From Octopus vulgaris (Eukaryota), in the NCBI GenBank assembly GCA_951406725.2, contig OX597822.1, forward strand, positions 115,258,001 through 115,322,000: 64,000 nucleotides of DNA, given 5' to 3'. The position numbers were made by a program, and so were the translations under genes. The notes beneath the pieces were generated by a model. That model worked only from the letters and a program-made list of their open reading frames with translations. It was not told the DNA's origin and made no database searches. Within the stretch, counting starts at the first letter, position 1. Each line of letters opens with the position of its first letter. Positions 28,920 through 42,582 of this stretch are shown here, piece after piece.

Positions 28920-29290
28920 AGTTGTAGGAGTAGCTGTGTGGTAAGTAACTTGCTTACGAGCCACATGGTTTCGGGCTCAGTCCCACTGCGTGGCACCTTA
29001 CGCAATTGTGTCTACTATAGCCTCGGGCCGACCAAAGCCTTGTGAGTGGATTTGGTAGACGGAAACTGTAAGAAGTCCGTCGTATATATGTATATATGTA
29101 TATATATATATATACATGTGTGTGTGGGTGTGTGTGTGTTTGTGTGTGTTTTTGCGGTTCGGCAAAAAAGACCGATAGAATAAGTACTAGGCATACAAAG
29201 AATAGGTCCTGGGGTCGATTTGTTCGACTAAAGGCGGTACTGCAGCATGGGCTACAGTCATATATCTGATACAAGTAAAAGAGAGAGTAA
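28920..29290 (+). mobile_element. SINE family B, near full length
   Basis: Head GGAGTAGCTGTGTGGTAAG...GGGCTCAGTCCCACTGCGTGGCACCTT, internal microsatellite, tail ...ACAAGTAAAAGA. Confidence 0.88.
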
Positions 29291-29339
29291 AGAATATATA
29301 TGTACGTACCTATATGTATGCATAGACGCCTATCTATAT

Positions 29340-29343
29340 AATG

Positions 29344-29377
<34 letters not shown>

Positions 29378-29676
29378 TGTATGTATGTATGTATGTATGT
29401 ATGTATGTATGTATGTATGTATGTATGTATGTATGTATGTATGTATGTATGTATGTATGTATGTACGTATGTATGTATGTATGTATGTATGTATGTACGT
29501 ACGTATGTATGTATGTATGTATGCATGTATGTATGTATGTATGTATGTATGCATGTATGTATGTATGTATGTACGTATGTATGCACATATACATACATAC
29601 ATACATACATACATACATACATACATACATACATACATACAAACATACATACATACATACATACAAACATACATAC
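29340..29676. repeat. (TATG)n followed by inverted (CATA)n microsatellite
   Basis: Direct reading. Confidence 0.95.
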
Positions 29677-30261
29677 ACGTTCTGATATATATGTTTATAT
29701 ATGAGCGTGTGCGAATGTGCGTGTATGAATTCAATTAGTTATACATACATTAGTGTACGTACAGACAGACAAACATACGTACATGTTTTAAGTCGTTTAT
29801 AATGATAGTTTGCCAAGGGTGGTGGCCAGTCATGCGCAACCTCCTTGGGTAGAAAACTTGAAAAGCCGGTTTAGACCGTAAAAGAACATAATGGATTGTA
29901 TTCATTTTAATGTGTTAAACTCTAAATAGACAGAAACCTAGCTTGGCCTGTATTAATTTCCAGCCAATCAAAATATATAAATATATCTCAAAAACTAAAT
30001 AGTCAACTTGTGTTTGTATAGTAATTTTTGTTAGTCTTGTTATTCTATTTTATTCAATCGTTTTGGGGATATTTTTGTTGTTCTTAATTTTTTATGTATT
30101 TTTTATCTGTTTGCTTGGTGTGTTTGTTTTTTGGGAAAAGGGAGGGGTCCTTTTTGTAGTTCTCTTTTTTTCCCCCTGTAGCGTAATCGATTCCCTCATT
30201 ATAGATTATTATCATTGCCGTTATTATTGTTTTTTCTTTTCTTTATTCTTTTTGTTTTCTA

Positions 30262-30852
30262 AGGTGGTGAGCTGGCAGAGTGGTTAGCACGCCGGGCGAA
30301 ATGCGTAGCCGTATTTTGTCTGCCGTTACGTTCTGAGTTCAAATTCCGCCGAGGTCGACTTTGCCTTTCATCCTTTCGGGGTCGTCTAAATAAGTACCAG
30401 TTACGCAATGGGGTCGATATAATCGACTTAATCCGTTTGTCTGTCCTTGTTTGTCCCCTCTGTGTGTAGCCCCTTGTGGGTAGTAAAGAAATACGTATTT
30501 CGTCTGCTTTTACGTTCTGAGTTCAAATTCCGCCGAGGTCGACTTTGCCTTTCATCCTTTCGGGGTCGATTAAATAAGTACCAGTTACGCAATGGGGTCG
30601 ATATAATCGACTTAATCCGTTTGTCTGTCCTTGTTTTTCCTCTTTGTGTTTGGCCCCTTGTGGGTAGTAAAGAAATAGGTAGTTCGTCCGTCTGCCGTAA
30701 CGTTCTGAGTTCAAATTCTGCCGAGGCCCACTTCGCCTATCCTTCTTTCAGGATCGATAAATCAAGTACCAGTGAAACACTGGGGTCGATGTAAACAACT
30801 AGCCCCCTTACACCAACAAATTTCAAGCTTTGTGGCTATAGTAGAAAGGATT
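30262..30852 (+). mobile_element. SINE family A trimer (unit about 184 bp)
   Basis: TTCTGAGTTCAAAT at 30331, 30515 and 30703. Confidence 0.92.
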
Positions 30853-30853
30853 A

Positions 30854-30948
<95 letters not shown>

Positions 30949-31264
30949 GCTGCTGTTGCTGTTGTTGTTGTTGTTATTTAGGGTGGCAAATTTGCAGAAT
31001 GCTTAGCAGTATTTCGTCCTCCTTTACGTTCTGTGTTCAAATTGAGCCGAGGTTGAGTTTGCCTTTCATCCTGTCGGGGTCGATGAAAATAAGTACCAGT
31101 TGAGTACTGGAATCGATATAATCGACTTATCTCCCACCACCAAATTTCAGGTATACATATATGTGTGTGTGTGTGTGCGTGCGTGTGTGTGTGCGTGCGT
31201 GTGTGTGTGCGTGCGTGTATGTGTGTATGTATATGTGTATGTGCGTATATATATGAATATACTC

Positions 31265-31663
31265 TTTACACTTTTACTTGTTTCAGTCATTTGACTGTGG
31301 CCATGCTGGAGCACCGCTTTTAGTTGAACAAATCGCCCCAGGACTTATTCTTCGTAAGCCTAGTACTTATTCTATCAGGACTTTTGCTGAACCACTAAGT
31401 TACAGGGACATAAACACACCAGCATCGGTTGTCAAGCTAAGTTGGGGGATGAACACAGACACACAAACACACACACATATATACACATATACATGTATAC
31501 GACAGGCTTCTTTCTGTTTCCGTCTACCAAATTCATTCACAAGGCTTAGGTCGGTCCGAGACTATAGTAGAAGACACTTGACCAAGGTGCCACGCAGTTG
31601 GACTGAACCCGGAACCATGTGGTTGGTAAGCAAGCTACTTACCACATATCCACTCCTGCGCCC

Positions 31664-31665
<2 letters not shown>
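31265..31665 (-). mobile_element. SINE family B, full length
   Basis: Similar to other family B copies. Confidence 0.88.
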
Positions 31666-31728
<63 letters not shown>

Positions 31729-31738
31729 TATATATGCA

Positions 31739-31782
<44 letters not shown>

Positions 31783-32947
31783 TGCATATATATATATATA
31801 TACATGCATATATAAATATCCGTGTGTATGCACAAACGGACGCGCGCACACACACACATGCACACCCAACTAGAGACAGAGGGTAGAATAGACAGAATTT
31901 CCAGTCGCTTCGACGAATGAGTGTTCTTCAAAATGCAGCTGTAAAACGACCGTCACCCTACGGCCGTCTGTACGTAGACTCAAAGCTATAGAATTCCAGT
32001 GGCATCTTCGATTTTCTTCTTTCTTGCCTCTCTCAAGTTTATCGACAAAACCCTTATGGTATGTACAAATCTCTGACACAGAATATGAAAAAGCACACCT
32101 GTGCTTGTGATGACAGTGACTTGGATATCAACCTTTTTTATTTTTTTTCATTTTTACTTAATTTTCCGCAGTGTCTTCCGTTTTCAGGATCAAGAAAGGC
32201 CTGGAATCCTCTGGTGTTCGACATTATGTAATATTCTCGGTAGTCTTCAGGACAGCTGAGTTCTCCAGCAGATCCAAGACAACAAGAACGACAACACCAG
32301 CGATTTGATGCTTTTCTCAAGAGCACAACCCGCTTCTCCGTCCAGGGATCGAACAAAGGACGTTACAGTCATGAGCCTAATACCGTAACCACTGGACTAC
32401 GCGCTTTCACTTATATATGGATACGCGTACGTTCGCGCCTGTGTATGTGTGTAGGAAAGAGAGGGAGAGAGAGGGGGGGAGAGAAAGAAAGAGAGAGAGA
32501 GAGTAGTGAGAGAGTAGAAGTTTACATGGTAACATAACTCAGTCTTTAAATTTCTCTGCACATAAGTAGAATAATGTAGAAGCAGTCATGGCAGTGTTCA
32601 ATCTCAGACCGTTCTCTCTTTGAATCCTTCGAAAATCATTCGGAAGAGCTGGTCGATTTTAAAGATCAGTGATCGATCTCCTATGACGTTGATAAAAGAG
32701 TACATAAAAGGATTATTATTATATTGACTTTCCTTGTTGCTTGGTTAATGAATAACTTAATCAATGGAATGATCGATTGTTCAGTTAATTACCCTATCAC
32801 TTTATAGATCTATCTGATTGTTGTTTAATCTGATTTAGATGAGCTATTATCGAAGGTGCACTATAAAAACAGCGTATCTAGAATCACAAGTCACACGTCT
32901 AGGGCTTCCAAAGTGCCTTCCTTTTTTTAAATATAATACTGTATCAA

Positions 32948-33170
32948 GTCACGTGTGGGGACAAGCGCCGTTGCAGCGTGTTGCTACATTCAGCATTTGT
33001 CGACATATTCCCGGGTCCTCCCAGGCTATCTCTCGAGCAGAGTCCCAATCAGCCCCTTTCTCTGCGATATACCCCATCATCTGCCGTAGTCATGTGGTAT
33101 GAGGTCGGCCAACACGAGCCGTCAGCCAAGCCTGATCCTTAGGGAAGAGAACACGGTCAGCAAGTTCTAA
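32948..33170 (-). mobile_element. RTE-clade LINE 3' end fragment
   Basis: Translates to ADRVLFPKDQAWLTARVGRPHTT*LRQMMGY...AREIAWEDPGICRQMLNVATRCNGACPHT*, resembling RTE C-termini (GRP..W, terminal ATRC...CPHT). Confidence 0.7.
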
Positions 33171-34186
33171 CACGTAAAATTAAGCAACATGGCCATGCAG
33201 TCTGAGCTGGTTCACTCGAATCATACAAGTAACAGAATTCATTCCAGTTTCTGGGTAGAGTTGTTGGTTGCATACGAAATCCGACTAATGGTAATCCATA
33301 ATCCTGCGAAACGTCCTGGTACCAAATTAATTCAGGCGGCTACTAATTTCGCTCTGTGTAATTTGCGAATATTTGGCTGCTGTCTTTAAGTTATACAATC
33401 GAAGTTCCCTCAATGGATCGGTTTCTAAATTGGTTTATTTTTAACCTGATATATTGTATAATTGATTGATAAACCATGAATTGATTGATTAATTGTTGGA
33501 CTGATCCTTTGGTTAATTACCAACTTGATTAGTTGGCTGATTGGGTGTCAGGTTGACTTGTTGGTTAGTAGTAAATTAGCTTATTAGTTGATTAGTTGAT
33601 TAATTAGTAAACCGGTTAACTAATTGTCTGGCCAAGATTCGTTGACTAGACTAATGAATATATTAACCGAATAACCTAAATAGCAGGGTTATATGTGTGT
33701 GTTTGCTTTTTTGGTTTCTGTTTGTGTTCGTGTCCATGTGTTTCATGCGTGTATGTTTGTATGTTTGTGTATGTGTGTGTGTGTGTGTGTGTGTTCTATT
33801 TTTTGTGAGTATTTTTGCACCGTGTGTGTTTGTGTGAGTGTGTCGTACTTACGTGCCTGTGTGGGAGTTTGTGAATGTACGCGCGTGTGACACATAGAAA
33901 GCTGTAGTGATTAAAGTGTTGGACAAATTATCTTGGGCTATTTTTGTTGCATCCCTTCAAACTCTGAGTTCGGACTCAGTTCCATTTAGCTTTTCATCAA
34001 CCCGGTGTTGATTAAATAAATGCTGATGATTGCACCACAGACGTCAGCGGGTCGCCATCATCCGATGGCTGAAAACTGACATAGGGAAAACAAATTTAAA
34101 AAGACAAATGGACCTCGAAGACTACATAATATGACACCGAATGTCGAGAAGTAGGTAATGAGACTGAAAACAAGCGTGCTCTCAGT

Positions 34187-34218
<32 letters not shown>

Positions 34219-34277
34219 TGTATATATGTATGTATGTATGTAAGTATTTATGTATGTATGCATGTATAATAATGATA

Positions 34278-34652
34278 ATAAGAGCATTCAGAGAGTGCAA
34301 ACCTCCGCCAAGGCAGCACCAACGTCCTCTCAACGATTAGTCGGAGATGATTTTTACAATGAGAATATCTGAAATAAACTCGACTGCTCTCACAAACGAG
34401 AATACTTAAAATGAACCCGACTGCTCTCAAAAATTAAGTAGGAAAAAATATCCAGAATCCTTGTCCGGTACTGGATCGATCCCTAAGTCTAATCAGTTCG
34501 TGCCAGTCACGAGGCCAATCATCCTTGAAAGTTTCATCCGAATCCATCCAGTGGTTCTTGAAATATCTTGTCCACGGACAAACCAACCAACAAACAAACA
34601 CACAAACGCGATTGAAAACAATACCTCCGCCTTCGCGAAGGCGGAGGTAATA
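34278..34652 (+). mobile_element. Helentron-associated (HINE/DINE-1-like) non-autonomous element
   Basis: Subterminal ACCTCCGCC at 34301 and a perfect terminal palindrome TACCTCCGCCTTCG|CGAAGGCGGAGGTA (34622-34649), with a short internal (CAAA/CCAA)n tract. Confidence 0.7.
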
Positions 34653-34712
34653 ATAATGATTTGTAGGTATTTGGTTATGCAAACACATATCTGTAGAAAT
34701 AACCGTAACAAC

Positions 34713-34771
<59 letters not shown>

Positions 34772-34809
34772 TTATTACTGTTATTATTATTATTATTATT
34801 ATTATTAAA

Positions 34810-35212
34810 AAGGCGGTGAGCTGGCAGAGTGGTTAGCACGCCGGGCGAAATGCTATGCAGTATTTCGTCTGCCACTACGTTCTGATTTCAAATTCCGCCG
34901 AGGTTGACTTTGTCTTTCATCCTTTCGGGGTCGATTAAATAAGTACCAGTTACGCACTGAGGTCGATATAATCGACTTAATCCGTTTGTCTGTCCTTGTT
35001 TGTCCTCTCTGTGTTTAGCCCCTTGTGGGTAATAAAGAAATAGGTATTTTGCCCGTCACTACGTTCTGAGTTCAAATTCCGCCGAGGTCGACTTTACCTT
35101 TTATCCTTTCGGAGTCGATAAATTAAGTACCAGTACAACACTAGGGTCAATCTAATCGACTATTCCCCTCTCCTCAAATTTCAGGCCCTGTGCCTTTAGT
35201 AGAAAGGATTAA
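34810..35212 (+). mobile_element. SINE family A dimer (184-bp period)
   Basis: Unit anchors at 34880 and 35064; same linker as the 30262 array. Confidence 0.92.
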
Positions 35213-36165
35213 TATTCTTATCAAATCTATTCATCAATTAAATCAGATAAATTCAATAAGGGAAAACTAATGTTTCAAATCTGTCCAAAAATGTTTCTAA
35301 GTTCGTTCGTTTTGGCGATGAAGGTTTTTCACGAGAATGTTCAAAGCGTTTTCCTCACCCTCCAAAACTGTAGGGAGAACGCTTGCACCCCTTGCATTCC
35401 CTGTCCCCAGGCTTATGCTTCCTCATATATTTTACATGTTCAAGAAGAAAATTAATTGCATCAATTTCAGCCGTCGTGTAGGGTCTGAGAAGGCTATGTG
35501 CAATATCCCTTCCTCCAGACACAGAAGGTAACATACTCTCTTTCCCTCTCTGCTTCTCTCTCTCCTTCTCTCTTTCTCTCTCTCTCTATCTCTCTCTCTG
35601 TTTTTCTCTTTCTCTCTCTCTCTCACACACACACTCACACATTGATTAGAGGTATGCTAAAAAGCAATAACTAAAGTCTACATCTGTACATTTATATTTA
35701 ACATGTTCGTGTACAGTCAAACGTGGAAGACCTTCGCTTCGAATACTGTCTCGAGTAAGTGATTCTCTCTATAGACAAGGTGTGTAAAAACAGACCACTG
35801 GACTGTGAATGACGTCAACGGACTGAAGGACAGGTGTTGTAGTTACGACCGATCGGCAACAGACACCGAATTTGTCATTCCAAACCCACTAAGAATTTTC
35901 GTCCTTACATTTAAAGTGCAAATAATAGAAAGGAAGTTAGCCTTTTATACATTTTCTACTGTTAAAATTCACCTCTTAAATTTTATATCATTTCAGATGT
36001 TTCTATGCAGATGTGTTTTAATACTTACGTGTTATCACCATTCATCATTCACTATCAACGAGGAAAGCCGTGGCTGACCAAACTTGAAAACTGGGCACAC
36101 ATGCACACATACATACACGCGCGCACATACACGCACATTCACACTCATACATGCATATATATATG

Positions 36166-36450
36166 TTAGTTAGTTAGTTAGTTAATTTGGCTCAAAAGCA
36201 AATAGCAAGGCCATGTAGAGGGACATGGAGTTAAGTACAGGGTGGTGTTCATGTAAAGAGTTCAGGCCACTTGAGGTCAAGGGAGGCTTTGAACAAAGCG
36301 GTCGTCGGCATCTTCACCATCTCGTCTGGCAGCTTGTTCCACGGATCCGCAACCCGGACGGAGAAAGCTCCTCTCCTTCGATTGAGATGAAATCGTCGCA
36401 GGTAGAGCTTTTCGGAATGACCCCGCAGCCGACGCTCTGGAGCAGGAGTG
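36166..36450 (-). mobile_element. CR1-clade LINE 3' end with (TAAC)n tail
   Basis: Translates to TPAPERRLRGHSEKLYLRRFHLNRRRGAFSVRVADPWNKLPDEMVKMPTTALFKASLDLKWPELFT*. Confidence 0.88.
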
Positions 36451-37036
36451 TGTGTTGCCTTAATATATAATGTAATATTAATAATATATGAAGGAGCTAT
36501 CTGGCAGAATCGTTAGCACGCCGGGCAAAATGCTTAGCCGCATTTCGTCCGTATCTACGTTGTGGGTTCAAATGCAGCTGAGGCCAGTTTTGCCATTCAT
36601 ATCTTTGGAGATCGATATAATCGACTTACTCCTTCCCCGAAAGTGATGGTATTGTGCAAAAATTTGAAATGAATAATATATCATATATAATGTTATGTTA
36701 TAATGGTATATTATTATATTATATACAGGCAACCATATGTGCGTGTGAAAAGCTATATCCATCACTTACAAGAGAGTATGAATTGCTACAAGTATCTTAC
36801 TTTCGTTAATTGCTGTGGTTGTCAGGGTGGCCGAGAAGAGATACAGAAAACACACGCTCGGTCCTCCCAATAATAATTGAACCCGTGGAATATTGTACGT
36901 GTGAGAGTAGAAAGGAGAAAATGATTGCACCGGCACGAGAAACGCATTCGTTTTGTTTTGTTTCGTATTTTTCACAAACAACATCAAAGCGCAGTTGTGA
37001 TACATAAATAATTCTGAATAGGTTCTGGAAAGCGAA

Positions 37037-37078
37037 GTATGGATGCGCAGTGTGCATGTGCACACTGCGCATCCATAC
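37037..37078. other. Perfect 20-bp-arm hairpin with 2-nt loop
   Basis: GTATGGATGCGCAGTGTGCA tg TGCACACTGCGCATCCATAC. Confidence 0.9.
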
Positions 37079-37946
37079 AACGGAAGAGAAGGATAAAAAC
37101 GCAATGCGCATGTCAAAGTAAAACAGAAGAGGAAAATATAAACAAGTTATGTAATGGTCTGCATGCTGCGTCTGACACCATTTTCATGCAGCTTTGCAGC
37201 AATTTTCTTGTGGTCTGATTCTTTTATTTTTGCTTTGGCTGAGTAAAGTGGAAAGACATGAAATGAAGGGCTTTGAAAAGGGACGCAACGTGCAACCCAG
37301 CCCCTCGACAATCGAATCTATTACCTTATGGTTGTGAGACCTACTCCGCAGCTTCAAGGCCACGCAACAATACATAAATGAATGTATATGTATATATATA
37401 CACACATACGTGCATACAGACATGCAATCATGCATTCATTTATATTCATATATGTGTGTGTGATGTGGATATGTGGGTGTGTGATGTGTATATGAGACGC
37501 TGATTGAATAACATGAAAATAATACAACTCAGATATTTATATAAGGCCACGCAATTGTTTATATACAATTATTTCGTCTGCATAACAATTTCATATCAAA
37601 TTCTTTTCTAGTATTTACATGTACAGCGCCATAGCAATTCCTAGAAGCTCCGTAATATATATCTATCTATATGCTCGTATGTATATGTGCACATATCGTT
37701 ATATGTATATATGTATTGGGAGAGAGAGAGGGGGAAGTGTGTGTGTATGTGTGTGTGTGTGTGTGTTGTGTACGAAGGTATGCGTGTGGGTGTAAATTGA
37801 CCATAGGCCGAAGTGATACTAAAAAGTGAAACCTTCTAAGCTAGACTCCAATTTGTACAAGTTGAATACCAAAAGCCTAGAGCTGAGAATGGTTACTCTA
37901 CATGCTGGGAATACTCAACTCTCTTTCTCTCTCTCTCTCTTTCTCC

Positions 37947-37997
<51 letters not shown>

Positions 37998-38086
37998 CAT
38001 ATATATATGTACACACATATATATACCTACATTTATGTATGCATATATATACATACATACGTATATATAAACATACATTCAGAGAT

Positions 38087-38121
<35 letters not shown>

Positions 38122-40249
38122 TATATGGATACATAAATATAAATATGTATACATATTTGTAAACAACCAGCATTATATTGCATGTAGTGAATACTTAATG
38201 ATATGTGTATGAGAGTGTATACATTTACATCCACTAACACATATACACACACACATACTTATGCCTATACATATTCATATATATATACATATATACATAT
38301 ACATATACATATAAGCATACATATATACATATATACATACACATACATGTATAAGCATACAGATATATACAGCTGTGCAACATAGTCACTATGCTATATA
38401 TTTTGACTGAATATTAAAGACCTTCCTTTCTTGTATGTGTTGACTTACATGAGTTGAATAATAAACAGCATCTGCTTTCATGTATGAAAATGCCTATTGA
38501 CATAGAATACAAATCTGTACATCCTGTCTTACCAGTGAATAGAATAGCATTCTTAAATATATGTTTACTCACCTTACCATTTACCAAGATCTGATGTCAC
38601 AGGTGTGACAAATCTGTTTTAAATAGCCGCCATTTTGTTTCAATAAACTGAATCTACCGTGAAATACAAAAGTTTATGGGCGACCAATAAATTTTTAATA
38701 TGAAATTCTGCTCAGACAGTGATTTCTAATCCTAGAATATGTTTATATATACACACACATAAAGGCCTTTCAAATGTTCATTCTGGAATTCTTACGCATT
38801 AATCGACCTATGTGTGTGTATGTGTGTATATAGTATATATGTGTATGTGTGTGTGTGTATATATGTGTGTGTGTGTGTGTGAGTGTGTGAGTGTATGTAT
38901 ATCAAACAGGTAACATGTCCAGGTATCAGTGCATTACGGCCGTTTCAAGCAGCTCCACTTAATCGATCAATGAAAACATTACCCAATTTGAAAGAAACCG
39001 CTTTCCTCAGACGCAGACGGCCTTATAGATATCCAATATAAAGGATACATCATTTTTAGCACAATTTGCATCAGTACTAGATATCAAAATAATTACATTG
39101 TTTCCTTTTGCTATATTTGTGGCAGAATGAATTTAAGGAGAAAAAAAAAAGCCAGCTATAATAGCAGAGTAGCAGAGGAAAATAGTGGTGGGGGTCAAGT
39201 AAATGGAATGGTGTGATAGTTAATTTATATTTGTTTTATAGTATATTTTGTAGACTATATGCAGCATATAGTCTACAATCCTTTAGAGTTAAATCCATTG
39301 GAAGTTCCAGTTGATGGTGATAAATTAATTTACGCCAGATGTTCTCCCCGACCCTTAATTTACTGGGACCATAAATCTAGCTTTATCTATATAAAAGGAT
39401 ATGTCTCAGAGCTGTTAGTAAGAGAATGACTAGTGGGGAAGAAGTAATGAGTATAAGGAGGAAAGAACGGGGGTGGCAAGCACATATTTAGATTATCAAA
39501 TAAAAGGGGGAATAGAGTGGGAGGTCGAAATAAGATCTACGAGTTGGAATTAGAACGTAGAGTTACGAGGTATATCATAACTTTGCCAAGTTAATGCATT
39601 AAAAACTTAGAATTTTAGAAAAATATAAAGGAAAAAGGATAGATAATTAAACTAAAACCTTAAAAATAAGGTACTTTAATATATGAGAGAGAGTTCATAA
39701 GGCCTATCCTAAGCATATTGCTAAAGTGGTCATGAAGAAACTATTCCACAATGAATTTCTAAGTAAATTAAATTATCATCTGAGTAGGACTACATAGGGA
39801 GTGTTTGTCCAGGATAGGACTACACAGCTACAGCAGGACATGTATCAGGACATGAAATATAAAAGCCGGACTAGACTACAAAAAAAAAAAACAAAAAAAA
39901 AAAAAACATGCGCAACTCCATTGTCTCCCGAGACAGAAAGGATGCCAATAGGACTACATAATTTATATTAAATAAATTACAGGATAGGTATAAGATATTT
40001 ACAATATAGGATCGACTGTCAGGGGTAATTAAATTAGAAGTATACTAAGCAATTACATTAGAGATGTACTAAGCAAGTAAGTATTTGAATAGAAGCAGAA
40101 GTAAAAGCTAAACCTATATGGGCATGTACCGATTTGTTGAATATTACATGCTTAAAAGCCAAAAGTAAAAAAGTATTATTTGATATCGTATAAACTAATA
40201 TATAAAAACATTGGAAAAAATCTTTACATTAAAAATTATCAGCATTCTT

Positions 40250-40980
40250 TTCTGGTCTAGGCACAAGGCCCGAAATTTTGGGGGAGGGGACTAGTCGATT
40301 AGACCTACCCAAGTACGCAACTGCTACTTAATTTATCGACCCCGCGAGGATGAAAGGCAAAGTCGACCTCGACGGTATTTGAACTCAGAACGTGAAGACA
40401 GACGAAATACCTATTTCTTTACTACCCACAAGGGGCTAAACTCAGAGAGGACAAACAAGGACAGACAAACGGAGTAAGTCGATTATATCGACCCGAGCGC
40501 GTAACTGATACTTATTTAATCGACCTCGCAAAAGATGAAAGGCAAAGTCGACCTCGGCGGAATTTGAACTCAGAACGTAGCGGCAGACGAAATATCTATT
40601 TCTGTACTAACCACAAGGGGCTAAACACAGAGGGGACAAACAAGAACAGACAAACGGATTAAGTCGATTACATCGACCCCAGGGCGTAACTGGTACTTGA
40701 TTTATCGACCCCGAAAGGATGAAAGGCAAGGTTGACCTCGGCGGAATTTGAACTCAGAACGTAGCGGCAGACGAAATATCTATTTCTGTACTACCCACAA
40801 GGGGCTAAACACAGAGGGGACAAACAAGAACAGACAAACGGATTAAGTCGATTACATCGACCCCAGGGCGTAACTGGTACTTGATTTATCGACCCCGAAA
40901 GGATGAAAGGCAAGGTTGACCTCGGCGGAATTTGAACTCAGAACGTAGTGGCAGGCGAAATACTGCATAGCATTTCGCCT
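40250..40980 (-). mobile_element. SINE family A tetramer (period 184-185 bp)
   Basis: GAACTCAGAACG at 40381, 40566, 40750 and 40934. Confidence 0.93.
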
Positions 40981-41037
40981 AGCTTGGTACCTCAATTTAA
41001 GTACCTAATTCAACTGAATCTTAATTATTATATATAT

Positions 41038-41182
41038 AGGCGCAGGAGTGGGTGTGTGGTAAATAGCTTGCTTACCAACCACATGCTTCTGGTTTCAGTC
41101 CCACTGCGTAGCACCTTGGGCAAGTGTCTTCGACTATAGCCTTTGTGAGTGGATTTGGTAGACGGAAACTGAAAGAAGCCCG

Positions 41183-41255
<73 letters not shown>

Positions 41256-41420
41256 TCCCCCCAACATCGCTTGACAACCAATGCTGGTGTGTTTACGTCC
41301 CCCGAGACCGATAAGTACTAGGCTTACAAAGAATAAGTCCTGAGGTCGATTTGCTCGACTAAAGGCGTTGCCCCAGAATGGCTGCAGTCAAATGACTGTT
41401 ACAATTATAAGAATAAAAGA
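41038..41420 (+). mobile_element. SINE family B copy
   Basis: Similar to other family B copies. Confidence 0.88.
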
Positions 41421-41479
41421 ATATATATATATAGAGAGAAAGGGGTAGAGAGATGGGGAAAAGAGAGCGACAGACAGGC

Positions 41480-41543
41480 AAATAGACAGGCATGCAGACA
41501 GATAGACGGACGGACGGACGGTTGGACGGTCGGACGGACAGAC

Positions 41544-41626
<83 letters not shown>

Positions 41627-41652
41627 GACAGACACAAACAGACAGACAGATT

Positions 41653-41730
<78 letters not shown>

Positions 41731-41776
41731 CAGACAGAGACAGACACAAACAGACAGACAGATCGATCGATCGATC

Positions 41777-41852
<76 letters not shown>
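41480..41852. repeat. Compound (GACG)/(GACA)/(GATA)n microsatellite
   Basis: Direct tandem repeats. Confidence 0.95.
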
Positions 41853-42446
41853 CTGCTTATAGTGAATCTCAAAATAATCTTCTTTTCCTTAATCTAAGGA
41901 TTACCACTCGTTCTGCAAATTATCAATTTTTGCTTCCCCAATACATGATTATATTCTATTACCCGGATTCCTTATTGGTTACCACACAAACAGAGCTTTA
42001 CCAAATCCAAGCTTCCCTGCTAGTTCCTCAACAATTACAATAGGTTTTGTTCCACCAGGGTTTGCAGGACATCCTCATCGAGCTCTGCAGATCATCCAGG
42101 ACGAGGCTAGTCTTCTAGGCTGTAGTTTTCGGCTCAGAATTTCTGGAACCACCATTGACACTGGCTTCCGCTTATTGCCCGACCCCCTTAAACTGCATTA
42201 ATATTCCTCGCGTTGTTGCCTTTATTGAACTCATAAAGCAAAATATGCCGAATATGCTCCAATATAGCTTTAAAAACATAACTGTTACAACTGAACTGCA
42301 TTCTTCAAAACTTGTATTCAGAATAAGTACAAGGTAAAATTACTACCTGCTTTTATACTAAATTGATGCAGGTAGTTTATCTCATCCCCTTCCGACTTTT
42401 AGTTCATGCAAGTGAAAAACTGCATTATTGATAGGATGACCCAGTA

Positions 42447-42479
<33 letters not shown>

Positions 42480-42524
42480 CACAAAATTTACTCGTTTATT
42501 CACTGTCCTAAACTCAGATATCTA

Positions 42525-42582
<58 letters not shown>

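Noticed and set aside
29340-29676. (TATG)n/(CATA)n inverted arrangement able to fold back
   Set aside because: Simple-repeat inversion; similar cases occur elsewhere (e.g. AAT/ATT at 34705-34806) with no sign of function.
32160-32330. Possible exon after the pyrimidine-rich acceptors TTTTCCGCAG / TTTTCAG
   Set aside because: No recognisable protein in any frame and no convincing donor; cannot be supported without RNA data.
40250-40980. Regularly spaced repeats superficially like a CRISPR array
   Set aside because: Whole 184-bp units repeat with no unique spacers; eukaryotic SINE sequence and no cas genes.
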